A DNA stretch of 64,000 bases from NCBI GenBank assembly GCA_902604535.1, contig CACKZK010000006.1, forward strand, positions 789-64,788. Direction: 5' to 3'. This DNA comes from an uncultured SAR86 cluster bacterium. GTDB taxonomy: Bacteria; Pseudomonadota; Gammaproteobacteria; Magnimaribacterales; AG-339-G14. Positions 17,780-28,534 of this stretch are shown here, piece after piece. Every line of letters starts with the position of its first letter. Position 1 is the stretch's first letter. The notes below the pieces were generated by a model that did not search any database, had not been told where the DNA came from, and worked only from the letters and a program-made list of their open reading frames with translations. The position numbers were made by a program, and so were the translations under genes.

Positions 17780-19231
17780 ATGACTGATTCTGTTTTTGAT
17801 GAAATGAAGGAAGTTTTAGCTTTGCAAAAAAAGGCTAATATCGACGAAGGACCCGCAAGTTATGATTTACGTTTAGATAGACTAAATAGACTCTCTCAGA
17901 TGTTAAAAAAATATTCTGATGAGATAGTAGATACTATTAGTGAAGATTACGGAACTAGAGACAAAAACAGTACTTTTTTATCAGAAGTAATGTCTAGCTT
18001 AGGAAGTGTTGATTATTCAATCAAAAATCTTAAAAAATGGATGAAGTCTGAAACCAGACAATCAAATTCAAGTCAGCCATTTGTTGCAAGATTAATGATG
18101 CGTTTATTGGGCGCTAAGACGGAAATTCAATACCAACCTCTAGGAACCATTGGAATGATTAAACCATGGAATTTTCCGATAAATTTAATTATTTCTCCTA
18201 TAGCACAAGCATTTGCTGCCGGAAATAGAGTAATGATTAAACCCTCTGAAATAACTCCGAAAACATCAGATCTAACTAAAAAGATGTTTAATGAATTTTA
18301 CGATAAAGCAGAAGTTGAAGTTTTTCTCGGTGGTCCTGATGTGGCAGAGGCTTTTGGAAAATTAGACTTTGATCACTTACTTTTCACTGGGTCAACTAAT
18401 AACGGTAGAAAAGTTATGCAATCTGCTGCAGGAAACCTCGTTCCAGTCACTTTAGAATTAGGTGGTAAATCTCCAGTAATTATGGATGAAACTGCCGATG
18501 TTTCTTTATCAGCTACAAGATTGATGCGTGGAAAAACAATGAATGCGGGTCAAATCTGTATAGCTCCTGATTACATGATGATGCCTAAAGGAAAAGTTGA
18601 CGAATTTATAGATGAAAGTACTAAAGCTGTTTCTGAAATGTATCCAGATATGAAATACAACGAGCACTACACTTCAATTGTTAATCAAAGACATTTTGAA
18701 AGAATTAATAGTCTTATCGAAGATGCAAAAGAAAAGGGTGCTGAAATTAAAACAATTAATCCTGCAAATGAAGATTTTGAGCAACAAGAAGGACATAAAA
18801 TTCCTCCCACTTTTGTCCTAAATCCTACTGATGATATGAAAATCATGCAGGAAGAAATCTTTGGGCCTGTCATGCCTATTAAAGAATATGAAGATATTGA
18901 TGAAACAATAAGTTACGTCAATTCAAAACCTAGACCTTTAGCTCTTTATTATTTTGGTAAAAATAAAGATACCCAAAATAAAATTCTAAATAGAACCACA
19001 TCTGGTGGAGCAACTATCAATGATGTTGTATGGCACTATGGCCAGGAAGATATGCCTTTTGGTGGAGTAGGAGACAGTGGTATTGGTTCTTATCACGGTC
19101 ATGAAGGCTTTAAGAGATTCAGTCACCAAAAATCAGTTCTAACTCAATTTAGTTCTGACTTATTGAAAAATATGATGCCTCCTTATAAAGGTAAAATGTT
19201 TGAATCAGCAAAAAAGAACGCTCTTAAATAA
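17780..19231 (+). CDS. Aldehyde dehydrogenase family protein (coniferyl/fatty-aldehyde DH-like)
   Basis: ELGGKSP and catalytic Cys context GQICIAPDY. EEIFGPV motif. Confidence 0.88.
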   Translation: MTDSVFDEMKEVLALQKKANIDEGPASYDLRLDRLNRLSQMLKKYSDEIVDTISEDYGTRDKNSTFLSEVMSSLGSVDYSIKNLKKWMKSETRQSNSSQPFVARLMMRLLGAKTEIQYQPLGTIGMIKPWNFPINLIISPIAQAFAAGNRVMIKPSEITPKTSDLTKKMFNEFYDKAEVEVFLGGPDVAEAFGKLDFDHLLFTGSTNNGRKVMQSAAGNLVPVTLELGGKSPVIMDETADVSLSATRLMRGKTMNAGQICIAPDYMMMPKGKVDEFIDESTKAVSEMYPDMKYNEHYTSIVNQRHFERINSLIEDAKEKGAEIKTINPANEDFEQQEGHKIPPTFVLNPTDDMKIMQEEIFGPVMPIKEYEDIDETISYVNSKPRPLALYYFGKNKDTQNKILNRTTSGGATINDVVWHYGQEDMPFGGVGDSGIGSYHGHEGFKRFSHQKSVLTQFSSDLLKNMMPPYKGKMFESAKKNALK

Positions 19232-19237
19232 AATCTA

Positions 19238-20470
19238 TTGAGACAAAACCTTCCTTTTTTTATTGCTTTAAGATATTTCAATTCTAAAAAGGAAGGATTT
19301 CTATCCTTTGTTTCAAAATTATCCTTGGGATCAGTATCTCTGGGTGTCGCAGTCCTTATAATTGTTTCCTCGGTATTTAATGGTTTTGAAAAAGAATTAA
19401 AGGAAAAAATACTAAACTCTATTCCTCACGGTAACATTTACGGTTACTCATCAATTTCTAATCCAATCGAACTTATTGATTCGTTATCTGATATGGATAG
19501 ACTTGAAGGAGCAGCACCATATGTAGAGACTCAGTCACTAATTGGCTCTAAATCAAAATTAAAGGGGACACTCATCTATGGAGTTGATCCTTCCTTTGAA
19601 TCAAACGTTTCTAATGTTCCAAACAATATGTTTGTTGGATCATTTGATGATTTAAGCGAAGGCAGCTTTAACTTAATCTTAGGTGATTTATTAGCAAGGC
19701 AGCTATCTGTTTCTGTTGGAGATAAAGTAACTTTGTTATTACCAAATCCCAAAGTATCTTTAACTGGAATTTATCCAAAAATGAAAGTTTTTTCTATTTC
19801 TGGAATTTATAGCATGGGTTCTAATGATCTAGATTCAAATTATGCTTTCATAAACATTAATGATGCCTCGAAACTTCTTTCACTTTCAGGAAATGTAACT
19901 GGCATAAGACTAAAATTTGACGATCTTTTTGATGCTCCAGATTTAACTTACGATGCTTTAATTAAAGTTCAAAATTATTCTCAGCAACCTCTGAGAGTTG
20001 ATGATTGGAGTTCTCAGTTTGGAACTCTTTGGAGAGCAGTTGGCATGGAGAGAAGTTTAGTTTTTTTATTAACAAGTTTAATCATAGTCATTGCGGCCTT
20101 TAATGTAGTTGCAATGTTAATGATGATGCTCAATGAAAAAAAGGAACAAATAGCAATCCTAAAAACAGTAGGTATGAGTGATCTGAAAATTATCCAAATA
20201 TTTTTATACCTTGGTTTGATAATTTCTTTTTGGGGAATATCTATCGGAACCCTTTTAGGTTTGTTTGTCTCTCTTTTTATAGCATCAACATATTTTGATG
20301 TCATTATTTCTGGCTATTTGCAGTGGTATTTTATTAGTTATCTTCCAACAGATTTAAGAATTGAGTGGATTATCTCAATTATATTTGGATCATTACTGAT
20401 AACATCATTTGCAAGCATCTATCCAGCTAGATCTGCTTCAAAAATTATTCCAGCTAAGATATTAAGATAA
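19238..20470 (+). CDS. lolC: Lipoprotein-releasing ABC transporter permease, LolC/LolE family (only copy in this locus)
   Basis: TTG start. N-terminus FIALRYFNSKK, a large periplasmic loop, then three C-terminal FtsX-type TMs. Directly followed by lolD. Confidence 0.85.
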   Translation: MRQNLPFFIALRYFNSKKEGFLSFVSKLSLGSVSLGVAVLIIVSSVFNGFEKELKEKILNSIPHGNIYGYSSISNPIELIDSLSDMDRLEGAAPYVETQSLIGSKSKLKGTLIYGVDPSFESNVSNVPNNMFVGSFDDLSEGSFNLILGDLLARQLSVSVGDKVTLLLPNPKVSLTGIYPKMKVFSISGIYSMGSNDLDSNYAFININDASKLLSLSGNVTGIRLKFDDLFDAPDLTYDALIKVQNYSQQPLRVDDWSSQFGTLWRAVGMERSLVFLLTSLIIVIAAFNVVAMLMMMLNEKKEQIAILKTVGMSDLKIIQIFLYLGLIISFWGISIGTLLGLFVSLFIASTYFDVIISGYLQWYFISYLPTDLRIEWIISIIFGSLLITSFASIYPARSASKIIPAKILR

Positions 20471-21141
20471 TGAGCTTAGTTAAATTACAAGACATTGGAA
20501 AAGATTATGAAACTGGAGAAAATCTAATTTCCCCTCTTATTAACCTTAATCTTGAAATAAAAGATAACGACAGATTAATTATTTATGGAAAGTCTGGATC
20601 TGGAAAAACCACTCTCTTAAATATTTTAAGTACTCTAGAGATTCCATCTAATGGTTCAATGATTTTTGCAGACAAACTTATAGAATCTTTATCGGATAAA
20701 GAGCTTTCAAATTTAAGGCTTAATGATATTGGTGTAGTTTTTCAATCTCATCATCTCTTAGAAGAATTTTCTCTTCATGAGAACATCATTCTCCCAGGAT
20801 CTATAACTCATAATCTTGATAAAGATTTTGCAAATTTTCTTATAGAGAAATTAAAAATTTCTGATAGAAAAGATCACTTGCCCTATCAACTATCTGGTGG
20901 AGAAAGACAGAGATGCGCAATTGCACGTGCATTAATTAATAAACCAAAATTATTAGTCATGGATGAGCCAACAGGAGATTTAGATAGAAATACTTCTGAT
21001 GAAGTAATGGAATTGATAGATGATGTATTTAATGAAATTGATATTTCTGTTGTTATAGCTACTCACGATGAAAATCTGAAATTCAAGCCAAAATCAAAAT
21101 ACATACTCGAACAAGGTAAGCTTAATTTAATACAGGGCTAA
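20470..21141 (+). CDS. lolD: Lipoprotein-releasing system ATP-binding protein LolD
   Basis: Walker A GKSGSGKTT, signature LSGGERQR, Walker B LLVMDEPT. Position after the permease. Confidence 0.9.
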   Translation: MSLVKLQDIGKDYETGENLISPLINLNLEIKDNDRLIIYGKSGSGKTTLLNILSTLEIPSNGSMIFADKLIESLSDKELSNLRLNDIGVVFQSHHLLEEFSLHENIILPGSITHNLDKDFANFLIEKLKISDRKDHLPYQLSGGERQRCAIARALINKPKLLVMDEPTGDLDRNTSDEVMELIDDVFNEIDISVVIATHDENLKFKPKSKYILEQGKLNLIQG

Positions 21142-21185
21142 GAGATAAAATTCTTCTAAAAAGGTAAAATAACCCTTTTTTAGGC

Positions 21186-23957
21186 ATGAAAAGTAATACT
21201 TCATATCTTACACGTCTTTTTGGCTATGTTTCTTCAAGCATTCCTTATTTTTTGATCAGTTTTTTTGGATTTGTATTATTTGCAGCAGCTCAAGTAGGAG
21301 CAGCAGAATGGTTAAGACGAATAGTTGATTTTATAGAAAATCCAAATGAAACAGTCCAAACAATCTTACCTCTTGCATTAATAGCCATAGCCATAATAAG
21401 AGGAATAGGTTTTTATCTTTCAAATTTTTTTATGGCATTTATTTCGAATAAATTAATTCATAATTTGAGAGTAGATTTATTCAAATCATTGATTTCAATG
21501 CCAGTGAGTTTTTATGATAAATCCTCGAGTGGACATTTATTATCTAGAATTACTTTTAACGTAATGCAGGTTAGTAGTGCAGTTACTGACGCTGTCAAAA
21601 TTATCATAAGAGAAGGCTTGATAGTAATAGGACTATTAGGTTATCTAATTTACTTAAATTGGAAATTAACTCTAGTATTAGTTATTGCAGCTCCCTTAAT
21701 TGGCTTCATTGTTTCTATTGCCGGGAAAAGATTAAGACGTCTTAGTAAAAAAATTCAGTCAGCAATGGGAGATGTTACTCATGTTAGTTCAGAATCTATA
21801 AATGCTCATAAAGAATTAAAAATTTTCGGTAATGAAAATCTTGAAATTGATAAATTTAATGAGGCAAGTGATGCAAATCGAATTCAAAATTTGAAATTAG
21901 AATCTACAAACTCAATTTCTTCTCCGCTCATTCAATTAATAATATCTCTTGCGTTAGCTTTAATCACTTGGTTTGCTTTAGATCCCTCCGTAATAACATC
22001 AATGTCATCAGGAACTTTTATAGCTTTTTTTGGTAGTGCAGGAATGCTAGCAAAACCTATCAGACAATTATCTTCTACTAATGTTATGTTCCAGAAAGGT
22101 ATTGCAGCAGCAGAAGATATTTTTAAGCAAATTGATGAAACGCCTGAAAAAGATGATGGATTAAAAAAAATTGAGAATTCTGAAGGAAAAATAAAATTTG
22201 ATAATGTCTCCCTTAAATATCCAAGTTCAGAAGAATATTCCCTCAAGAATATAAATTTTGAGTTAGAAAAAGGTTCTAATTTGGCTATTGTTGGAAGCTC
22301 AGGTGCAGGAAAAAGCAGTATAATTAATCTAATTCCTAGATTTTACGATGCCACAGAGGGTGGAATTTCTATGGATGGAACTAGGATTGAAGAGCTTTCT
22401 CTGGAATCTTTAAGAGATCAAATTTCCTACGTAGGACAAGAGATAACTTTATTCAATGACACAATTTTTAATAATATTTTTTATGGAGATATCGATACCA
22501 GTGAAGAAGATGTGTATGAAGCAGCAAAAAAAGCGAATGCTCATCAATTCATAGAATCTTTTCCTGATGGGTATAAAACTGTTATTGGTGATAATGGAAC
22601 ATTATTATCCGGAGGACAAAAACAGAGGATAGCCATTGCAAGAGCTATCTTAAAAAATTCACCTTTCTTAATATTGGATGAAGCCACTTCTGCTCTAGAT
22701 TCTGAATCTGAAAGATTGATAACAGATGCGATTGCTAACTTAAAAGAAGGTAAAACTACAATTACTATTGCGCACAGGCTTTCAACAGTAGAGCAAGCAG
22801 ATGAAATTTTAGTTCTTCAAAATGGGGAAGTAGTAGAAAGAGGTAAGCATAGCCAACTAATATTATCTGAAGGTCCTTATTTTCAACTCTATAGAAATCA
22901 ATTTGATTTTGATGATGGTTCAATAAATATTGATACTGAATCGAGTTCTGATCTACTAGTAAATATAGATGCTTCAAAATCCTATGTCTCAAACTTAGAA
23001 AAAGCATGGTATGAAAATAGTCTCTGGCCAAAACTTCTTATTCCATTTTCTTGGATTTACCAATTTATCTTTAATAGACAAAAAAAATATCAAATTTTTA
23101 ATTCATGGAAACCTAATCTTCTCACAATTGTTGTTGGTAACCTGACAGTTGGCGGCACAGGAAAAACTCCTATTATTATTTACCTTGCCAAATTACTTAA
23201 AAAACAAGGTCTTAAACCTGGAATAATCTCAAGAGGTTACTTAAGCAAATCAAAGATCTATCCATTGCTACTTAACTCAGAGACTCCAATTGAAGATTCT
23301 GGAGATGAACCGGCTATTATGTTTAAGAATTCGCAATGTCCAGTGGTCATTGGTCCCAATAGGATACAAGCAGCTAAACATCTCATGGAAAATACAGATA
23401 GTAATGTCATTTTAAGCGATGATGGTTTGCAACACTTTTCTCTTGGAAGAGATATAGAAATATTAATGATTGATGGAAATAGGAAGTTTGGAAACGAGCT
23501 ACTGCTTCCAGCAGGACCACTAAGAGAACCAAAATCCAGAATTAAAACAGTCGATTTTACGATTAGCTCAAATAGAAAATGGCCATCAGTTGCAAAATAT
23601 GAAATGAAATATCGTCCTTTCAAGTGGGTTCATATGAAAAGCCAAAAGGAATACGATATTTACGACTGGCCCTTAAAAAAAGAAGTAAATGCGGTTGCAG
23701 GAATTGGAAATCCATCTAATTTTTTCAATTTATTAAAACAACTGAGATTCAACATATCAGAATACGCTTTCCCTGATCATCATGACTTTCACAGTGTAGA
23801 TTTTGAAATTATGGATAATCAACCTACTGTAATGACAGAAAAAGATGCAATAAAATGCTCATTTCTAGATCATACGAATTATTGGTATTTAAAGATAGAG
23901 GCTGAAGTGTCAGATAACTTTGAACAAGATTTTTTAGCCGAAATTAAATCTAAATGA
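21186..23957 (+). CDS. msbA-lpxK: Fused lipid A flippase MsbA (aa 1 to ~573) and tetraacyldisaccharide 4'-kinase LpxK (aa ~604-923)
   Basis: One uninterrupted 923-codon frame. The ABC exporter part has a 6-TM domain, GSSGAGKSS, LSGGQKQR, ILDEATSALD and ends ..QLYRNQF. A ~30-aa linker follows. The LpxK part is full length (WPKLLIPFSWIYQ, VGNLTVGGTGKTP, GDEPAIM, SDDGLQH, LPAGPLRE, MTEKDAIKC). Confidence 0.9.
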   Translation: MKSNTSYLTRLFGYVSSSIPYFLISFFGFVLFAAAQVGAAEWLRRIVDFIENPNETVQTILPLALIAIAIIRGIGFYLSNFFMAFISNKLIHNLRVDLFKSLISMPVSFYDKSSSGHLLSRITFNVMQVSSAVTDAVKIIIREGLIVIGLLGYLIYLNWKLTLVLVIAAPLIGFIVSIAGKRLRRLSKKIQSAMGDVTHVSSESINAHKELKIFGNENLEIDKFNEASDANRIQNLKLESTNSISSPLIQLIISLALALITWFALDPSVITSMSSGTFIAFFGSAGMLAKPIRQLSSTNVMFQKGIAAAEDIFKQIDETPEKDDGLKKIENSEGKIKFDNVSLKYPSSEEYSLKNINFELEKGSNLAIVGSSGAGKSSIINLIPRFYDATEGGISMDGTRIEELSLESLRDQISYVGQEITLFNDTIFNNIFYGDIDTSEEDVYEAAKKANAHQFIESFPDGYKTVIGDNGTLLSGGQKQRIAIARAILKNSPFLILDEATSALDSESERLITDAIANLKEGKTTITIAHRLSTVEQADEILVLQNGEVVERGKHSQLILSEGPYFQLYRNQFDFDDGSINIDTESSSDLLVNIDASKSYVSNLEKAWYENSLWPKLLIPFSWIYQFIFNRQKKYQIFNSWKPNLLTIVVGNLTVGGTGKTPIIIYLAKLLKKQGLKPGIISRGYLSKSKIYPLLLNSETPIEDSGDEPAIMFKNSQCPVVIGPNRIQAAKHLMENTDSNVILSDDGLQHFSLGRDIEILMIDGNRKFGNELLLPAGPLREPKSRIKTVDFTISSNRKWPSVAKYEMKYRPFKWVHMKSQKEYDIYDWPLKKEVNAVAGIGNPSNFFNLLKQLRFNISEYAFPDHHDFHSVDFEIMDNQPTVMTEKDAIKCSFLDHTNYWYLKIEAEVSDNFEQDFLAEIKSK

Positions 23958-24649
23958 ATTATGTAGTGATACCTGCTAGATGGTTCTCTTCTAGATTACC
24001 CGGTAAACCGTTAAAGAAAATTGGTGATAAGCCAATGATTCAATGGGTGCATGAATCTTGTAAGAAATCTGATGCTGACTTTATATTTATTGCTACAGAT
24101 TCCGAGAAGATAAGAGATCAAGTTTTAAAATTTAACGGACAAGTGATTATGACTTCAATAGATCATAAAACAGGCACAGACAGAATCCATGAAGCAGTAA
24201 CAAAAATAAAATGTCATGAAGAGGATTTAATAATTAACGTTCAAGGAGATGAGCCATTTATATCTCATGAGGACATCAACACTTTGATACGCAATTATAA
24301 TGATGATTTCGAAATGGCAACCTTATACAAAGTCCTTAAAAAAGAAGATATAGATGATACTAATGCAGTGAAAATTAATGTGATCGATAATATTGCTACT
24401 TCATTTTCAAGAGACTTCAAATCATCAAATTCTATTTATCATCATCTTGGAATATATGCCTATAGATGTGAATTTTTAAAAAAATTCGTTAAATATGAGC
24501 AATCTGAAAACGAAATTAGAGAAAGTTTAGAACAATTGAGAGCTTTAGATAACGGGCATCAAATAAAAGCATTTAAATCATCTTCTACGAGCAGCTTTGG
24601 TATAGATACGGAAGAAGATTTGATTAGAGCAAATGAAATTATCAAATAA
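23954..24649 (+). CDS. kdsB: 3-deoxy-manno-octulosonate cytidylyltransferase
   Basis: VIPARWFSSRLPGKPL, GTDR and VQGDEP motifs. 4-nt overlap with the preceding gene. Confidence 0.92.
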   Translation: MNYVVIPARWFSSRLPGKPLKKIGDKPMIQWVHESCKKSDADFIFIATDSEKIRDQVLKFNGQVIMTSIDHKTGTDRIHEAVTKIKCHEEDLIINVQGDEPFISHEDINTLIRNYNDDFEMATLYKVLKKEDIDDTNAVKINVIDNIATSFSRDFKSSNSIYHHLGIYAYRCEFLKKFVKYEQSENEIRESLEQLRALDNGHQIKAFKSSSTSSFGIDTEEDLIRANEIIK

Positions 24650-25625
24650 AATAAAAAGATCCTATAGCTTAAAAGAAAATAATCTTTTAAAAATTGATTC
24701 TACTGCTAAGTTTTTTATAGAAATTTTTGATCTCGAAGACTTAAAAAATATTAAAAATTTTACCTCAACAAAAAAAATTAATTTTTGCATCCTTGGAGAG
24801 GGATCAAACGTTGTCTTACCTAATTTCCTTAACAAACTTGTAATAAAAATTTCATTTAATGAAATAACGATCGAGGATAATTTAATTACTGTTGGAGCAG
24901 GTAAAAACTGGGATGATTTTGTGTTCTGGTCCTTAGATAAAGGATATTCTGGATTAGAGAATTTATCAGGTATACCTGGAAGCATTGGAGCTGCTCCTAT
25001 TCAGAATATTGGAGCTTATGGAAGCGAAGTATCCAATTTTATTGAAGAAGTCATTTGTTTTGATATGGAATCAAACTGCCTTGTTAGCTTTACAAATAAT
25101 GATTGCAAATTTTCATACAGACAAAGCATATTTCAAGATAAAGACTTTCTAATTGTCGTAAAAGTTAAATTCAAATTAACCAAAGATTTTTATCCAAATT
25201 TAGATTATGAAGATTTAAATTTTTTAAATGCAGAAGGAGTTTCTCCGTTTATTATTAGAAAACATATCCTAGAAATAAGAAAAGCTAAAATATCAGATCC
25301 AAAAGAACATCCAAATGTTGGTAGCTTTTTTAAAAATCCTATTATCTCATCGGATGAATTGGAAAAAATAAAACTAATACTTCCAAGCATCAAATTTTAT
25401 TCTTATTTAGATAATAAAGTAAAAATCTCAGCGGCTTTTTTAATTGAATCATTGAACCTAAAAGGTTTTACATTGAATGATGCACAGGTGTCTGAAAAAC
25501 ACTCGCTAGTTTTAGAGAATATGTCAGAAAATTCGGAGGATATTCTTGATCTTGCCTCATATATTCAGTCCTCTGTCTTGGAGAACTACAACATTAATTT
25601 AGAAATAGAACCTCTGATATTTTGA
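24633..25625 (+). CDS. murB: UDP-N-acetylenolpyruvoylglucosamine reductase
   Basis: FAD-binding PCMH domain (LGEGSNVV, GLENLSGIPGSIGAAPIQNIGAYG) and C-terminal GSFFKNP and AAFLIE motifs. Confidence 0.9.
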   Translation: MKLSNKIKRSYSLKENNLLKIDSTAKFFIEIFDLEDLKNIKNFTSTKKINFCILGEGSNVVLPNFLNKLVIKISFNEITIEDNLITVGAGKNWDDFVFWSLDKGYSGLENLSGIPGSIGAAPIQNIGAYGSEVSNFIEEVICFDMESNCLVSFTNNDCKFSYRQSIFQDKDFLIVVKVKFKLTKDFYPNLDYEDLNFLNAEGVSPFIIRKHILEIRKAKISDPKEHPNVGSFFKNPIISSDELEKIKLILPSIKFYSYLDNKVKISAAFLIESLNLKGFTLNDAQVSEKHSLVLENMSENSEDILDLASYIQSSVLENYNINLEIEPLIF

Positions 25626-26212
25626 CTGAATTTCTTTTAATTGCTTCCATTCATCTTGTTGCGGTTATTAGCCCTGGACCTGATTTTGCTGTTGTACTGA
25701 GACAATCTCTCTCATCTTCAAGAAGAGATTCTATTTTTACTGCTTTAGGTATTGCTACCAGTGAATTTTTTCATTGTCTGTATTCAATTTTTGGAATGGA
25801 ATTAATTATGAGATATCAAGAAAATATATTTATTATCCTTAAACCTATAGCTATTTTGTATTTAATGTATTTGGGAATTTCTTCTTTTTTTACTAACCGA
25901 CCATTAGAAAGAGCAACACAAACAAGTACTAAAAATTTCACCCTTGGATTTATGACAAATCTTCTCAATTTTCAGGCAAGTACGTTTACGATTACTTTAT
26001 TTTTTGCAATTGTAAGTATTGATACTTCTTTAAACGTCTTAATTTTTTATGCTGTATTCATCGCGATTAGTACTTTTATGTGGTTTGCATTTTTATCTTT
26101 ATTGCTTACAAGTAAAGGATTTTTGTATAAATTTAATAATTTCATTCCATGGATTTACAAATTTACTGGTATCGTTTTTATAATTAGTTCTTTTTATTTA
26201 TTAACTTTGTAA
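25622..26212 (+). CDS. LysE-family amino acid/metabolite exporter
   Basis: TTG start. N-terminal ISPGPDF motif and about 6 TM segments. Confidence 0.8.
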   Translation: MTEFLLIASIHLVAVISPGPDFAVVLRQSLSSSRRDSIFTALGIATSEFFHCLYSIFGMELIMRYQENIFIILKPIAILYLMYLGISSFFTNRPLERATQTSTKNFTLGFMTNLLNFQASTFTITLFFAIVSIDTSLNVLIFYAVFIAISTFMWFAFLSLLLTSKGFLYKFNNFIPWIYKFTGIVFIISSFYLLTL

Positions 26213-26775
26213 TGAAATCTGTACCAAAAACATCTGCTCAATTATTTAGTGACATTTTAAAGCTTCAAAATAAAGGTTCACTTCCTCCGGTAGATGATTG
26301 GAACCCTCCTTTATGTGAAAACGTTCAGATGAAAATATCCAGAGATGGAAAATGGTATTTTTTGGATTCTCCTATAGGCCGCGAAAAAATGGTTAATTTA
26401 TTCAGCACGGTTCTTAGATTCGATGAGGATGGAAATTACTATCTTGTTACTCCTGTAGAAAAAATTAAGATTGAAGTTGAAGATAAGCCTTTCGTTATCG
26501 TTACCTACCAAAAAGAAATTAAAAACAATAAAGAAGTTTTTTTATTCAAGACCAATGTTGGTGATATCGTTCTTTTAGATACTCTAGATAAGTTAAGAGT
26601 TGAAATTGACAAAGATACACAAGAGCCATCGCCTTATTTGAAGGTAAGAAAAAACTTAGAAGGGCTGATCAGTAGAAATGTTTTTTATCAATTAGTAGAC
26701 GAATCCTACGAAAGAGATAAAGAATTATTTATTAAAAGTAACGATAAAGAATTTTCGCTTGGAAAATTGGACTGA
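26212..26775 (+). CDS. DUF1285 domain-containing protein
   Basis: The I.RDG.W.. G.PI.R..MV.LFS.VL pattern recalled for DUF1285. Confidence 0.7.
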   Translation: MKSVPKTSAQLFSDILKLQNKGSLPPVDDWNPPLCENVQMKISRDGKWYFLDSPIGREKMVNLFSTVLRFDEDGNYYLVTPVEKIKIEVEDKPFVIVTYQKEIKNNKEVFLFKTNVGDIVLLDTLDKLRVEIDKDTQEPSPYLKVRKNLEGLISRNVFYQLVDESYERDKELFIKSNDKEFSLGKLD

Positions 26776-28431
26776 CTACATATTTGGATAGTTAGGACCA
26801 CCCATACCTTCTGGAGTTATCCAAACTATATTTTGGCTAGGGTCCTTGATATCACAAGTTTTACAATGAACACAATTTTGAGCATTAATCTGAAATCTGT
26901 GTTCTCCGTCTTTCTCAACTACTTCATAGACACCAGCAGGGCAATATCTTTGGGCTGGTTCATCATAAATCGGTAGATTAACATTAATGGGGATAGAAGA
27001 ATCTTTCAGTGTTAGGTGACAGGGTTGATCTTCTTCATGATTAGTATTTGAAAGAAAAACAGAAGATAGTTTATCAAAGCTAATTTTTCCATCGGGTTTT
27101 GGATAATCTATTTTTTCACACTCACTAGCTTTTTTCATGCATGCATAGTCAGGTGTTTTGTGGGTTAATGTAAACGGATAACGACCCCTAAATAGGAATT
27201 GCTCGATGGCCATTAAAATACCTCCAACCCAAGTTCCATAATTATGCAAAAGAGGGGTCATATTTCTAGATTTATATAAATCAGTTTGTATCCAAGATGA
27301 CTCAAATTTTTCTTCATATGTTTCTAAATCAGCATCTAGATTATTATCTTGAATTGCATCAAATACTGATTCTGCGGCAAGCATTCCAGATTTCATTGCC
27401 GTATGAGTGCCTTTAATCTTAGTAAAAACTAATGTTCCAGCATTGTCGCCGACAATAAGTCCACCAGGAAAAGTCATTTTCGGTCTAGATTGATAACCTC
27501 CTTTTATGAGTGCTCTGGCTCCATAAGCTACTCTTGTTCCATTCTCTAAGATTTTTTTAATGTCTTTATGTTGTTTCCATTGTTGGAATTCATCAAATGG
27601 ACTTAAATGTGGATTTGAATAATCAAGTGGAACAACTAAGCCAATGTAGACCTGATTATTTTCTCCATGGTAAAAATAGGAACCAGCTTTTGATTTACTT
27701 GGCCAGCCAAAGGTGTGCATTACAGTGCCTTCTGAATGTACTTCAGATGGGACATCCCATACCTCCTTGAATCCGATACCGTAATGTTGAGGATCTTTGT
27801 CTTTATCTAATTCATAGTTTGCAATGAGTTTTTTCCCTAAATGACCTCTACATCCTTCAGCAAATATTGTGTATTTTGCTCTTAATTCCATGGAGGGTTG
27901 GTAAGAAGGTTTTTTTTCACCATCTTTAGAAATACCCATTTCACCAGTTAGAATACCTTTAACTGTATCATTTTCTATAATTACATCTGCCGCAGTAAAT
28001 CCTGGAAAAATCTCCACTCCCATGTTTTCTGCCTGAGTTCCTAACCATCTGCATAAATTAGCAAGACTCATCACATAGTTGCCATGGTTATTGAAATTAG
28101 GCATCAAGAATGAAGGAAAGGGTATATTGAATGATAAATTTTTATTAATTAGGAATTTAACAACATCTTTTGTTGCCGGTGAATTCAGAGGAGCTCCTTT
28201 TTCTTTCCAATCGGGAATAAGTTCATCAAGAGCTCTAGGCTCAAAACAGTTACCAGATAATATATGGGCTCCTATTTCAGAGCCTTTTTCGATAAGGCAT
28301 ACGCTTAATTCTGCATTTTTTTCAGCAGCTAATTGTTTTAACTTTATTGCAGTCGACAGACCGGATGGGCCACCACCTACAATAAGGACATCGTATTCCA
28401 TGATGTCTCTTTCAACTTGATTTTGTTCCAT
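26776..28431 (-). CDS. Electron transfer flavoprotein-ubiquinone oxidoreductase
   Basis: [16 protein letters not shown] motif and a C-terminal 4Fe-4S cluster region ([19 protein letters not shown]). Start at ATG 28431 ([15 protein letters not shown]) preferred over 28479 by similarity to other ETF-QO N-termini. Confidence 0.92.
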   Translation of the reverse strand: MEQNQVERDIMEYDVLIVGGGPSGLSTAIKLKQLAAEKNAELSVCLIEKGSEIGAHILSGNCFEPRALDELIPDWKEKGAPLNSPATKDVVKFLINKNLSFNIPFPSFLMPNFNNHGNYVMSLANLCRWLGTQAENMGVEIFPGFTAADVIIENDTVKGILTGEMGISKDGEKKPSYQPSMELRAKYTIFAEGCRGHLGKKLIANYELDKDKDPQHYGIGFKEVWDVPSEVHSEGTVMHTFGWPSKSKAGSYFYHGENNQVYIGLVVPLDYSNPHLSPFDEFQQWKQHKDIKKILENGTRVAYGARALIKGGYQSRPKMTFPGGLIVGDNAGTLVFTKIKGTHTAMKSGMLAAESVFDAIQDNNLDADLETYEEKFESSWIQTDLYKSRNMTPLLHNYGTWVGGILMAIEQFLFRGRYPFTLTHKTPDYACMKKASECEKIDYPKPDGKISFDKLSSVFLSNTNHEEDQPCHLTLKDSSIPINVNLPIYDEPAQRYCPAGVYEVVEKDGEHRFQINAQNCVHCKTCDIKDPSQNIVWITPEGMGGPNYPNM

Positions 28432-28534
28432 ACCTACAAATATATTTGAGTATTCTAAAGACTTACTTTCAAGTAGCAAATCCTTTAGAATATGTAGTTC
28501 TTGTAATATTCCGCCTTGTCACTATATAAAAATT

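Noticed and set aside
21158-21181. Weak hairpin AAAAAGG-(8 nt)-CCUUUUU between lolD and msbA-lpxK as a possible terminator
   Set aside because: It has only two G-C pairs, and the U tract is part of the stem rather than a tail. This is too weak to call. It may at most modulate read-through.
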